Positions 39,351 to 51,921 of a stretch of 64,000 nucleotides of DNA are shown in pieces (position 1 is the first letter of the stretch; each line of letters starts with the position of its first letter). This DNA comes from Octopus vulgaris. Its lineage: Eukaryota. The position numbers and the translations under genes are program-made. The notes below the pieces were generated by a model that was given only the letters and a program-made list of their open reading frames with translations, did no database searches and had not been told where the DNA came from. The DNA lies in the NCBI GenBank assembly GCA_951406725.2, contig OX597817.1, positions 25,358,001 to 25,422,000 on the forward strand. The letters are read 5' to 3'.

Positions 39351-39805
39351 AGTATATATAATGTGAGAGAGTATGAAAGATAAGGCAGACATTTTAATAT
39401 TTGTATCCATGTATGGATACATATATATATGTATATATACTATTGAATATCCTTGAATGAACATTCTTCATTGTCATTATTATCATCGTTGTTTTCATCA
39501 CCATCATCATCATCATCATCATCATTTAATATATGCTTTCTATGCAGGCAGAGTTGGATGTGTCATCACAGTTTGCATCAGTTTTATTTTGTGTTATTGC
39601 TTTCTTAAGCATGGTCAAGGTGCAGTACCATTCTCCCATTTCAATACAAAAGGGTGAATGCCTTCTTTAAAGCAAACTATTTTGCAGAGTAGTGGGGCAT
39701 TTTGTAATCTTATCAGAATTCGCTTTGTATCGGTGCGTAAGTTATGTTTGTTATCAATAATTATTTTACGACTAAAATGTCTTATTGACGAGTTTCGTTT
39801 TTTTC

Positions 39806-39891
39806 ACTTTCCTGAGGAGAAGATTGCATTGTTTATACCATTTATTCTTTTGAATAGTATCAGTGGAATTTTCGAAACATGTGTCGAAAGT
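39806..39891 (+). ncRNA. Type I hammerhead ribozyme, intact core, long stem II
   Basis: ACTTTC-CTGAGGA-GAAGATT..CATTG..ATAC..TATTC-TTTT-GAATA-GTAT-CAGTG..AATTTTC-GAAA-CATGTG-TC-GAAAGT; GUC site, predicted cleavage after C39885. Confidence 0.88.
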
Positions 39892-40247
39892 AAAATTTTA
39901 CAATGATACCAGCATTCATGAAATTGCCTTTTCCCAGGATACTCATGAGTTTATATGTCTTTGTTCATTCAGAACAACATGACCAATAGAGTAGCAAAAT
40001 ACAGATAAACTGCAGAAGATGGATCTTGATTGAATGTTAGAAAAAGAAGTTGGTGGGCCCAGAGGAAAGAGAGCTAAGAGAAAATATCTAAAAGGACTAG
40101 TATCATGAATTGGGATAACAAAGACAGTGTGTGGAGTTACATGATAATATTTCAGTCTAGTAAAACTTCTTGCAGAGATAGAAACAAAACCTAGCAAAGA
40201 TAATTGTTAGCAACTAAATGAGAAGGGTAGAGTTCAAGGGATTTGAA

Positions 40248-40710
40248 GTGGCAGAAATGTTAACACACCGGGCGAAATGCTTAGCAGTTTTTCGTCTGTC
40301 TCTACGTTCTGAGTTCAAATTCCGCTGAAGTCAACTTTGCCTTTCATCCTTTTAGGGTCGATAATTTAAGTACCTAATTCTTTATTACCCACAAGGGGCT
40401 AAACATAGAGGAGACAAACAAGGACAGACATAGGTATTAAGTCGATTACATCGACCCCAGTGCGTAACTGGTGCTTAATTTATCGACCCCAAAAGGATGA
40501 AGGGCAAAGTCGACCTCGGTGGAATTTGAACTCACAACGTAATGGCAAACGAAATACCGCAAAGCATTTCGCTCGGCATGCTAATGCTTCTGCCAGCTCG
40601 CTGCCTTCGATAAATTAAGTACCAGTTACACACTGGGGTCGATGTAATCGACTTAATCCCTTTGTCTGTCCTTGTTTGTCCAGCCCCCTTGTGGGCAACA
40701 AAAAAAGAAG
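40248..40710. mobile_element. SINE A (+) split by a second SINE A (-, 40375-40606)
   Basis: 17-bp TSD TCGATAA(T/A)TTAAGTACC at 40358-40374 and 40607-40623, which is itself internal SINE sequence. Confidence 0.92.
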
Positions 40711-41381
40711 AGTTCGAGTGATTTTGCATCATCAATATAGGAGAGTTCTCATTTACTAACAGATATAGTTTAACATTTACAGAAAGCAAGTGATGCACTT
40801 TTTGTCAAGTGTAATTGTTATTTTTAAATTTAAAAATGCACTAAAGGAAAAGAACTCAAAAGGACCTGTGATGTAAATTTTGATGACAATGTCAACAGGA
40901 GTGTACTGATTACTGAACATGTTAAATTCTTAGTTTATTAGACTTGCCTTTGTAGAGAGAGAAGAAAAAAACCAAACATCTAGAAATAATTCACTGAATT
41001 TGAAGGGGAGATAAAGTGAAGTAATTAAAGATAATTTCATCGATTGAATTAGAAATATTTAAAGAAAACAAAAATATTTGACTTTGCTTTAGAGATGAGG
41101 GATAATAGCTAAGGATATCAGAAGTGCCACACAGTGTAATCAAACTCTAAACTACAGGTTTCAGTCCTTTTAACCACACAACTATGCTTTAGCATGTGTT
41201 GATACCACATTAAAATTGATTACTTTGCTTATAAGGTCACATAACCAAGCAATTAACAGTTTGCTGGAAGAGTGCGTAGAGACATCTCTGCTGAAGCTTA
41301 CTTTACTGGAATGTGCAGGATCATTCTTACATCAACAACATATTCTTTACAGGAAATGACTAGTTATGTATAATCATAAAA

Positions 41382-41822
41382 TCTCTCTATATATAAACGG
41401 CAGTTTGTCTGTCTGTGTGTCTGTGTGTCTGTCATTGTTGTACCCTCACCCTGACCACAGCTTTCAACTGATTCTGATGAAACTTGACACACACATAGCC
41501 CAATGTCATAATTCAAAACTAACGCAGTGAAAATTTTGAAAAGTTCCCCCAGTTCTGAAAACAATCGATAAATTCGACATGGGGTCGAGAATCTAAGCTT
41601 TTTATATGCAACACATTTTCTGTCTAGGGGACACAACTCAACCTTTTTATCGCCCAAAGGGACAGCTAAGAACATCGTATACACAGAAGTATTCAAGTGA
41701 AGAGAAGACATTGCAACCTACACATGCGCCTTCGTTCCCTAGAGGGAAAGGACTAGATTGGGATTGGTCGTTGCCTACTAGGGGCTCTTACATACCTGGG
41801 CAACGCCGGGCTATGCTGCTAG
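41382..41822 (+). mobile_element. Non-autonomous Helitron
   Basis: A|TCTCTCTATATATAAA 5' end, subterminal hairpin CCTGGGCAACGCCGGG, CTAG|T 3' end, no TSD. Confidence 0.9.
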
Positions 41823-42038
41823 TCAGGATATAAAACAACAGACATCATTTTACACTCTGAATCAACTTTAAGCAAGCAATGATCATATGTTTTCACAACT
41901 TGCTCTTACCAGTATTTTTCAAGCACTATTGTATCAGGGACAGAATTATCCACATGCTCCTTCTTATTTTTAAGATAACAATCTTATTTGAAGGAGATTT
42001 TGCTCCTAATTTTGATTGTTAACCACATAAATAGGTCA

Positions 42039-42298
42039 AGCTTGTACACACACAGACACACGCACACACACATACAGGGTGTGTGATGGATAAATTGTTG
42101 CCGTTTTATACTTTTAATTTCACACATATACATAGTTTGTTTTTGATTTTGTCAACTACACAGCATCGTAGGGTCAGTTGGGCACAATTCATTCTGACAG
42201 AAATTTGGAAATGACATGCTGGACTGCTTGGCATTCATACTGGAAACTCCAGTACAAACATATCAGAGTGTTTAGGTGTCAATCTGAGGATAGTGCAA
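42039..42298 (+). repeat. 260-bp near-identical duplicate of 46721-46976 (maT 5' end plus flank)
   Basis: Only a handful of differences; includes the flank AGCTTGTACACACACAGACAC. Confidence 0.92.
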
Positions 42299-42899
42299 AA
42301 ATATTAGCTTGCCTCTATTATATTCCTCATTGTCACTGCTGTTGAAGTTTGCATCATCTTCAGAAAGAAAAGTGGATGGAAGCAAAAAAAACCAAAGAGA
42401 CAATTAGCAAAGAAATGTTTGTGATACAAGAAAGAAAATTTTAAAAATTAGTAATTGGATATCAAAGTGGGGAAATAAATCTCTCAGGATTAACCATATT
42501 ATTTTTGAGGATTTTCCTACAATATGACTGTTTTAATTGTGAATTAATCTTGCATCTCCAAATGTCAAAAACATTCTTGCACCATTTCAAAACTCTTACT
42601 AACCTTCTCTTTCTGACTGAAAACAATATATCACACCTCCCTGTTGGCAGCCTTTAAAGTGCAGTGAATGACTGAGATTCTGTGGAATTAGTTGATCTGT
42701 TTGAAACAACAGCTAAAATTACACTCAGATCATTTGTTACTGTGTTAGAAAACATAAGGATGGAGTCGATAACATAGGATTAAATTATTTTTTAAATACT
42801 GGACGGTAATGTTGAGAATGTATTTAAGGACAGATCAACTTGGTCCTGCTTCGCCAGGGGTTAAACAGTGACAACGATGAGAACAGCAGAACTGACATT

Positions 42900-44072
42900 C
42901 TTGATTAATAAATGAATTTGCTAACGAAAAAAAAGGTGATTAATGGTGGTACAATGATGACAAGAATCCTATTAGAAATCATAATAGCAACAATGACAAT
43001 GAAGAGGTTGGTGGTGGTAGGGTGTGTGATACTGATGAAGATAGTGGTGTTAAGGATGAAAATGGAATAATAGTGGTGATGCTGGTAGGGATGACGTTGT
43101 TGGAAGGGATGAACCCGAAGGGGGTAACAGTACTGATAGTTAAAATGCTGCGGTGTAGTGGAGATGAGGATAATGTTAATAGGGGTCATACTGATATTAG
43201 CAATGGTAACAGCAGTATTTGCAATGATGAGGAAAAGGGTGATGAAGATGGAGAAGGATGATATGGTGTTGGTGGTGGTAGTGGTGGTGATGGTGGCAGC
43301 GGTGGTGGTGGTGATGGTGGTGATGGTGGTGGTGGTTTTGATAGTAAACTTATGGTGAAAAAAAGTGATGATGTTGATGGTACATGATGGTAAATATGTA
43401 GTGATGGTGGTGAAGGTATTGATGGTAGGGAAGAGAGTGGTGGATGTGGGTGTGGGGGGATGGCAGGTTTGATGATGAAGATGTAGTGATCATGGGGGTG
43501 TTGTTTGGTTTTGCTTGCTGAGCCTGTTGGTGATGATGGTGGTGATGGTAATAGTGGTGGTGGTGGAGGTGATGGTGATGGTTGTGGCAGCTGCAATTGC
43601 GTGCTGGTCGTGGTGATGAGGAAGATATGATGATGCTGATGGTAACAATAAACTATTATGGTGATGGTGATGATCATGGTGATGGTGATGATTATAGTTG
43701 TTATGACTGTGATGTCATTGGATGTCATGTATTCGTTGTGGTATAGTTTTAGTGATGTTGGCATGTTGGCATTATCGGTGGTGGTGGCGGCAGTGGTGGT
43801 GGTGGTGGCGGCGGTGAAGGTGGTGGTGGTGGTGGCAGCGGTGGTGGTAGCGGCGTCAATTCCATTGGCATTGGATGTAATGGCAGAGGTGAAGAGAAGA
43901 AATAGTTCTTCTTTTACTGACCAACCAAACCACGGAAATAATACAACCAAACTTTAAATGTTTTTGTTTTGCTTTTGTTTATTCCTTTTTACTTTATTTT
44001 TCTTCTTCTTCTTCTTCTTCTTCTTCTTCTTCTTCTTCTTCTTCTTCTTCTTCTTCTTCTTCTTCTTCTTCT
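42900..44072. repeat. Low-complexity (GGT/GAT)n field followed by (CTT)n
   Basis: Seen directly. Confidence 0.9.
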
Positions 44073-45314
44073 CCGAATTCAGAAATATTGTGAAATGAGG
44101 TGATTATGTCTGGTAGTTTATTAGTGAATCCCACTTGACCAGATGATGCATGCCATTAATCAACGTTAGTATTCCTTACAAACAACTCCCCTGTCAACAC
44201 ATTCCACACAACTACCACCACCTCCACCACCTCCACTACCACCACTACAACATCCAGCCCGAACAGTCATTATCTGTAAATCACAGATCATAGTTAATTG
44301 GAAAATCTTTAACTGGTCTGTAGAACTTGTTGGTAATTTGAGTATGAAAGCATTGTAGCAAGTATCTTCTTATTGTTGGACACAATAACTGAAGTGGTTA
44401 TTATTGACAAGAAATGATCAAAATGTCTTATTTGGATATACACATGCATGCACACTCAACCACATAAAATCATGCACATATGTACGAACACTGATACACA
44501 CACATGCACACACTTGCACACACACATATGCGCATGTGCACACACATACACATAGATGTGTCTATGCGTATTCATAAACAGAGTTAATAGCTATTTGATG
44601 TGTGTTTTCCTTTTGTTACCAATCTGGATATTTGAACACACCATAGTAGAGACAGCAATTTGAACACAGGTCCCGAGAAGGACTCATATACAAACTGAAA
44701 GCAATACTTAGTTTTTATGATCGAGAAAACTAGAATCTCATAAGGTCGAAAAATTAGGCTTGGTTTCTTTTTTTGTTTTTGATTGTGAAGAAACTGCATT
44801 TGTTGTCTCTTCCTGGCTGGTGAAATACATGTGGTTAATCTATGTGAATTTCTGTATATTATAGCTCATAGAGAAAAACATGTGCTGCTGTGTGCCTCTA
44901 TGTGCCTCAATGTAGTCATTCGTTATGTTAGATATAGCAACACAATCTCCCTCATATCAGTAAGAAGATGTAATATTTGATTATGTGGTTTTGGATTCAG
45001 GTTGTCTGAAAAAAATATGGGATGCTTGTAGATTGAAAGCCTCTGATTGTGTCTCTTCCATCAGGACTGACCTAGTTCTAAATAACAGCAGTAACAATGA
45101 AGGAAGAGATAATGAAACAACAGAGGACTGCAGGTCTGAACTGGAATAATTTTAGGAAAATAATATAGTAGATTTACGGTGATGTACTTGCATAGCAAGT
45201 AATTTGATCTGAGATCGTGTGCTGGAACGAAAACAATTGCAGTGTGGTAGGTGTTTGTAAGCGATTTAAGAAACACACAAAAGCCATTCGATTCACTTCA
45301 ACATTTAAGTTTAA

Positions 45315-45365
45315 TTTGTCAAAATATTTTCGTCGCTATAAGACCGCAACCTGTTCACTGACAAA
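45315..45365 (-). ncRNA. Minimal hammerhead variant with G3-C8 core
   Basis: TTTGTCA-GTGAACA-G-GTTGC-GGTCTTATA-GCGAC-GAA-AATATT-T-TGACAAA; 7-bp stem I, 5-bp stem II, palindromic stem III. Confidence 0.7.
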
Positions 45366-46325
45366 AATCCGTGCTGCATCTGAGAAAGTAACAGATCAAA
45401 GGGAGTTTTCTTCAAGTGGCTGCAACAAAAATGCATCTCACTATATTGTGTCAGAAATTTCTGCTCCTCATTAGCTTTGGTAGGTCCTTAATTTCATGCC
45501 GTATATCACTACCAATGACATCAATAAAATTGAGGGATCTTCATCTTCTCTTTGGGTTCAAGAGTCTCGAAGATATATAATTTGATATGGCCTAGTATTC
45601 AGAAGACAATGATGATACGGCCAATACTGACAGCAACAACAACACTACTAACAACAATGTGACAATGACAATGATGTTGTTAAAAGACAGCATTAATACG
45701 AAGATAGAAGATTGTGAAGCTTTTGTAAAAATTTGTATATTTAGTGACGGGAAGATTTAGAAGTGACTTTGAGAGTTTTACATGTCTCCAGGTCAAAAAA
45801 TTTAAAGCAAAATCAGTTACAGTGATATATGTAATAATTGCATTTGGGGGATGGGGGGTTGAAGAGATTACGCTATCATGCCTTTAGTACAATACACTAT
45901 GGAAAAAGAAATAATTAATAGTTTTATCTAGCAAACAGCAGTTTTTCAGTAATTTACTAAAGCTTCATAGGGGTGTTTTCTTTAAGTTTAAGATAAATAA
46001 TTGCAGGAGAATGGCAAACTTGAGTGACTGCTACACTAATTATTCATGATGTGTTTTGATTAGGTGTATTAATAGAGAAATGACATAACATTATTTAATC
46101 AACTCCACTATGTGTGCTTTACCAGATACAGAGAAATGGAAGGCAAAGATAATTAGAGATGGATTTGGAATGGGAATGTTAGGTATCTCTGTCATTCGAC
46201 TATGAGGATTTCTATTGTTCAATTAACTGCATTAAATGCTTCTGAATTAAAGTGTAAGTGGCTGGGAATTTCACACAGAACCAGCGTGGCACTATGCATA
46301 ACAGATACGATTCACACAACAGGCT

Positions 46326-46446
46326 TACTCTTTTACTCTTTTACTTGTTTTTCAGTCATTTGACTGTGGCCATGCTGGAGCACCACCTTTAGTCGAGCAA
46401 ATAGACCCCCAGGACTTATTCTTTGTAAGCCTAGTACTTATTCTAT
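46326..46446 (-). mobile_element. SINE family B 3' fragment
   Basis: Tail portion only. Confidence 0.85.
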
Positions 46447-46752
46447 CATGTGTCTTATGTGACATCTGTGATGGGCCTGAGTGACACTGATGACCTGGAG
46501 TTGTAAAGTTCCTGGCTCTAAGGGTATCATGAAAGGCCCTGGCTGGAGGGGCCAAACTTCTGACTTCTTTTACAGAACTTTGAAAAATTGAAGGACTGCT
46601 GCAGTAAGTGTGTGACTCCGAAAGGGAAATATGTTGGATAAAGATTAAAATCATAATTAACTCATCCTCCTGTATTTTATTTTACCCAGAACCAGGAACT
46701 TTTCAGCACCCCTTTATGTGAGCTTGTACACACACAGACACACTCACACATA

Positions 46753-48117
46753 CAGAGTGTGTGATGGATAAATTGTTGCCGTTTTATACTTTTAATTTCA
46801 CATATATACATAGTTTGTTTTTGATTTTGTCAACTGCACAGCATCGTAGGGTCAGTTGGGCACAATTCATTCTGCCAGAAATTTGGAAATGACATGCTGG
46901 ACTGCTTGGCACTCATACTGGAAACTCCAGTACAAACATATCAGAGTGTTTAGGTGTCAATCTGAGGATAGTGCAATCTGAAGACATGTACCAAGAGTGA
47001 TAAACTCAAACATCATAGTGTTTGGAGTGATCACTAGTGATGGCGACGTTATGCCTCCATTCATCTTCCCACACAGCCTCACACTCAACACGGAAGCCTA
47101 CATCAAGTGCCTGGAGGAAGTGGTGCTGCCCTGGGTGAAGAGGGTGGCTGCTGGAAGACCCTATGTCTAGCAACAGGAATCTGCACCATGCCAATCAAGT
47201 AGGAGAACCCAGTCATGGCTGTCAGACAATTTCTGCAACCACATTACCACAAACATCTGACCACCTAACTCCTCAGACTGCAACCCCCTTGATCATTATT
47301 TGTGGTGTGCAGTTGAGCAAGAGACCAACAGAACTCCTTCTAACACCAAAGATGAACTGAAAGCAGGGATTATGGCAACATTCATCATCATCATCATCAT
47401 CATCGTTTAGCGTCTGCTTTCCATGCTGGCATGGGTTAAACGGTTCAACTGGGGTCTGGAAAGCCAGAGGGCTGCACCAGACCCAGTCTGTTCTGGCAAT
47501 GTTTCTACGGCTGGATGCCCTTCCTAACGCCAACCACTCCATGAGTGTAGTGGGTGCTTTTTACGTGCCACCGGCACAGGTGCCAGGCGAGGCTGGCAAA
47601 CGGCCATGATCAGATGGTGCTTTTTACATGCCACCAGCACAGAGGCCAGGCGAGGCTGGCAAACGGCCACGGTCGGATGGTGCTTTTTACGTGCCACCAG
47701 CACAGAGGCCAGGCGAGGCTGGCAATGGCCACGACCGGATGGTGCTTTTTACGTGCCACCGGCACGGAAGCCAGTCAGGGCGGCGCTGGCAACGGCCACG
47801 TTTGGATGGTTCTCTTATGTGCCACCGGCACTGGTATCACAGCTACAATTTCCATTCATGTTGATCGATTTTGATTTTTGATTTTTTGATATTTTGATTC
47901 ATCAACTTAAACAAGAAGACCATTCAAAAGCGTTGCAGGAGATTCTGAAGTCATCTGGAGGCTATGGTATAAACCAATGGCGATTTTATTGAATAATTTT
48001 ATTCTTTAGTATTTGAAGATATCTTTATGTTATTTTGGTAAATATATGTTAAAATAAGATGTCAGTGTTATTTTCATTTTTGCATAATTTAGACAACAGT
48101 TTATTCAGCACACCTAG
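46753..48117 (+). mobile_element. Internally deleted maT (DD37D) Tc1/mariner element with nested insertion
   Basis: VFGVITSDGDVMPPFIF..LNTEAYIKCLEEVVLPW..QQESAPC..PPNSSDCNPLD (37-residue spacing, second D now E); imperfect TIRs, TA at both ends. Confidence 0.88.
47382..47900 (-). mobile_element. RTE-type 3' UTR insertion with internal ~60-bp tandem repeats
   Basis: (CAT)n tail, GGATGCCCTTCCTAACGCCAACC, five TGCCACC(G/A)GCAC units; ATTCATCA on both sides. Confidence 0.88.
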
Positions 48118-48204
48118 TATATATATAATGGATAATAAAATGAATGGTATATACCTGGTAGCTTACTGGTAAAGCACGGTCACCTTCACAGTGTTTGTTA
48201 TTCA

Positions 48205-48783
48205 TGTGGTAAATGAAAGACTGAAGATGGAAGATATGAGAATTTTAATTAACTATGACAATTGTTTTGACATATCTAGCAATGATCTCTCTCTTGGGTA
48301 GGATAGTTAACAACTGGTTTAGAAGTATCCAATGGTGCAGATGTATCTCTTTGAGTGATAAATAGATATATCTCATTAAAATAACAGTTCCGCAATTTAT
48401 CTTCTCATTTTGTGTAAAAGAAAACAAAGGATATATCAATAAAACAAAGGATATATCTTCATTTATATAGAAGATCAAAAGTTAAATAATGGATTGCTTG
48501 TTCATTTCTTTTTTGCATCTGTTAGTTTTGATCTTCTGTATAAATGAAGATACATTCTTTGTTTTGCTGCTTTTCTTTACATGAAATGAGAAGAAGATAC
48601 ATTGTGGAACTGGTATTTTAACAAGTTATAGCTATCTATCACTTGAATAGACACATCTTCACCATTGGATGCTCCTGAACCAGTTGCTAAGCATCCCACC
48701 CATGAGGGATTGATGCTAAATGTGTCAGAAAAATTGTTTTGATTAATAAAAATTCTTGTATCTGCTGTCTTTCATTTAACACA
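48205..48783. repeat. About 580-bp foldback (arms 48205-48485 and 48521-48783) made of pLTR-like sequence
   Basis: ATCTTCATTTATATAGAAGATCAAAA/TTTTGATCTTCTGTATAAATGAAGAT, ATCCAATGGTG/CACCATTGGAT, AACTGGTT/AACCAGTT, AAATGAAAGAC/GTCTTTCATTT. Confidence 0.9.
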
Positions 48784-48801
48784 CATACACGCACACACAC
48801 A

Positions 48802-48842
<41 letters not shown>

Positions 48843-49098
48843 TACACACACACACGCACGTGTGAGCGTGTGTATGCATGTGTAATTTTATTTGTATAGC
48901 ACTCAAGAGCAGTAAATAATCATTTCTACTATAGGCACAAAGCTTGAAATTTTGTGGATGGGTATAAATCGATTACGTCGATCCCAGTCTACAACTGGTA
49001 TTCATTTTATCAACCCTGAAAAGATGAATAGCAAAGTCGACCTCACCGGAATTTGAACTCAGAACATATTGACATATGAAATGCTATTAACTATTTTG

Positions 49099-49414
49099 TG
49101 GAGGCGCAATGGCCCAGTGGTCAGGGCAGCAGACTCGCAATCGGAGGATCTCGATTTCAATTCCCAGACCAGGCCTTGTGTGTGTTTATTGAGTGAAAAC
49201 ACCTAAAGCTCCACGAGGCTCCAGCAGTGGGTGATGGCAACCCCTGTTGCACTCTTTCACCCCAACTTTCTCTCACACTTTCTTCCTGTTTCTTGAGTGA
49301 CACTGTGATGGATTGGCATCTCGTAGAGCTGGGAGGAACACATACGCCATAGAAACCAGGTAACCGGGCCCATTAGAGTGGCTAGGCTTGAAAAGGGTGC
49401 ATAAATAAAATAAA
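49099..49414 (+). mobile_element. tRNA-headed SINE (different head, family C-type tail) nested in an old SINE A
   Basis: 13-bp TSD ATTAACTATTTTG at 49086-49098 and 49415-49427; the host SINE spans about 48920-49455 (-). Confidence 0.88.
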
Positions 49415-51886
49415 ATTAACTATTTTGCCCAGCATGCAAACGATCCTGCCAGCTTGCATAAATTATTTACTAATAATGAAGCCAATTGGAAATATGCAAA
49501 TTTCAAAGCATTTGATTCATTGTTTCAAAAGCTGCTATTTCTCCTTTGTGCATAGTAAATCTGGTTTTGTGATGGTCCAACTCCAAGAATTATTACCAAG
49601 TCTCATGTTTGACAACTGAACCGCTTTTCAAAATAGTTTTCAACTACAGCATCATTGTCCGAGTGGGTCAAGGCATTTTGCCATTTAGTTAGAGCTTTAA
49701 ACTCACTGTCATCATATGGCAATGGGTTCGATTCTGGCACTGGGTAAACATATGTTCTTGATCAAGACACTTCCTTTCACATTGCTCCAGTCTGCTCAGA
49801 TGGAAATGAGTACTAGCAGGCTACTAGTGCTACCCTCTCTCCCTCTAGGTGTCATATCCTTGATGTTCCACAGTGTCAAGTGGGAGATGACTGAGCAGGT
49901 GTCTATCTCTGCTTGCAACTACAAAGGACCCTAAAGCAATTACAGAAATTGTAGTACAAGCTACCAGGTTATACTCAATTGTAAGTGACGATTTAGCTTT
50001 CTTTTTACGTCATTGTCAGACAGTTTTTTCCCCCCTTCCAACCATTTTCATTCTGCTTTATTCACTCAACAACTACTACACAAATCATTGTGTAATTTTT
50101 TTCCTTCTCAGAATCCCCTCCCTCGTGAATTTCCCCACCACACATATTTTCCCATTTTAAAAAAGCTTAACTTCTAACATTTGAACTAAACCTCAAGACA
50201 TTATTAGATCTGCCTCCAAATCCTAAGTCTTTCATTCAAGTCTAACAAGGCTTAAAATTACTACAGGCATTGTACTGCTTCACCTCTAATTAAATTATGA
50301 AAGAACAAAAAAAAAAAAAGAAACTTAAAAAATAAAAGGTAACTGAAATAAAAAAAAAGAACACATTAAAAACCACAAGTTTTTCCCTGAAGATAAAAAA
50401 AATGATTTAGATGTTAACATTTGTCACTTAAACAAAGCAAATACAGCTATCTCACACTCTGTTCTTCCCCAACAGTTAACCTTCTCACTTAGTGTCAGCA
50501 TTTATCCAATCACAATGATGTTATTTTATTGAATAGTTGCAAATACCTCAGAATAATACCTCATGGCATGATTCTTTATTATTAAACATTTTAGAACCAA
50601 ATTGTTTCTCGGAATAATTTCCGGTTCCAAAATGTTTTCTGCTGAATTTATCTACAATGCTGATAGATCTTATCAAGTTAGGTTATAATTGTTTCTTCAA
50701 AAGACATCAAATATAATTCTCTTGTGCCTAAAAGTCACTTTATGAGAGGAAGCAAATTTATTAGGAAACATTTATTTATTTATTTATTTGTTTTTTCTTT
50801 CTAAGATTTCTTCTTTTTTCGGCAAATTACAAAATCATGCAAGCATACACATTTACACATTCACTGACAGAAGTAAATTGTTACACAATTTGCTACATAC
50901 ATATGGACACACATAGAAGCTTATATATACATACATACATAAATAGCTACATTTGGATCTATTCCCATATTTGTGCAAACACACGGAGGCACACTTGTAA
51001 ATATCTCTGATGCATTTATATGTGACTATAAAAGGAAAAATCTATGCACCCATACACGCATATATACTTATGAATTATACACACACAAAATCACATATAT
51101 AGATATAGAAATGAATATACATAAACAATAAAAATTACACAATTTCTCTCAATATATTTCTCTGTATTTCATAGGATTTTATTCATTCTATACAAATACA
51201 TATGTGCTTATGTGATTATGTATACTGTGCACATACATAATGTGAAACAATGGGGCAAATAGCATATATTCGAAACTAAGTACTTTTTTTTCTTATAGAT
51301 ATTTTAAGAAGTCTATTATCAGCTTATATATTAAATTCTTAGAAGAATATAAAAACCCCACAAAACTGATGCCATTTGATGAGAAATGATATATTTTGAA
51401 TATAGTGCAAAGAAATAAAGACACAATAGCTGAAATATTGAACTACTGCCATTGAAGAATATATATATATATTTGCATTTATTCAACCAGGCTGGTGAGA
51501 AAGATTTTATGCAATCACTCTATCTGCTAAAAATATCAACTAAGCTTTCCTCAAATCACCTTCTACAGTCTTCAATAAATAAATAAAGAGAAGAAAATTT
51601 AGTTGCAAATATACAAAACATGGTGGGTTGGCCACAGCTGGAATGTATTTGATCATACTTTTACTTGATCAGGGCTGGTTTGGGGAATGCAACAACTTGT
51701 TTCAGTTTACATGATTTCAATAAAACTCCTACTTTTATAGTTGGGGGTTCAGCACTTGAGATGGCATATTGCCGCCTATCCAATGATCAAATGTTTCATC
51801 ATCGTCACCACCCCACCACCACCAACAACAACACCACTACCAATACCACCACTTTCATAATCACCACCACCACCATCATCATCATT

Positions 51887-51921
<35 letters not shown>

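Noticed and set aside
43186-43950. 254-aa ORF resembling a mucin-like membrane protein
   Set aside because: Lies wholly in an ACC/ATC trinucleotide field where long frames arise by chance; the apparent hydrophobic stretch is (ATC/ACC)n.
46576-46603. 28-nt microexon (TTCTTTTACAG...GTAAGT)
   Set aside because: Good splice signals, but not frame-preserving, unsupported, and expected by chance in 64 kb.
47555-47835. CRISPR-like regularly spaced palindromic repeats
   Set aside because: The intervening sequences are also repeated, the array is inside an RTE 3' UTR, the context is eukaryotic and there are no cas genes.
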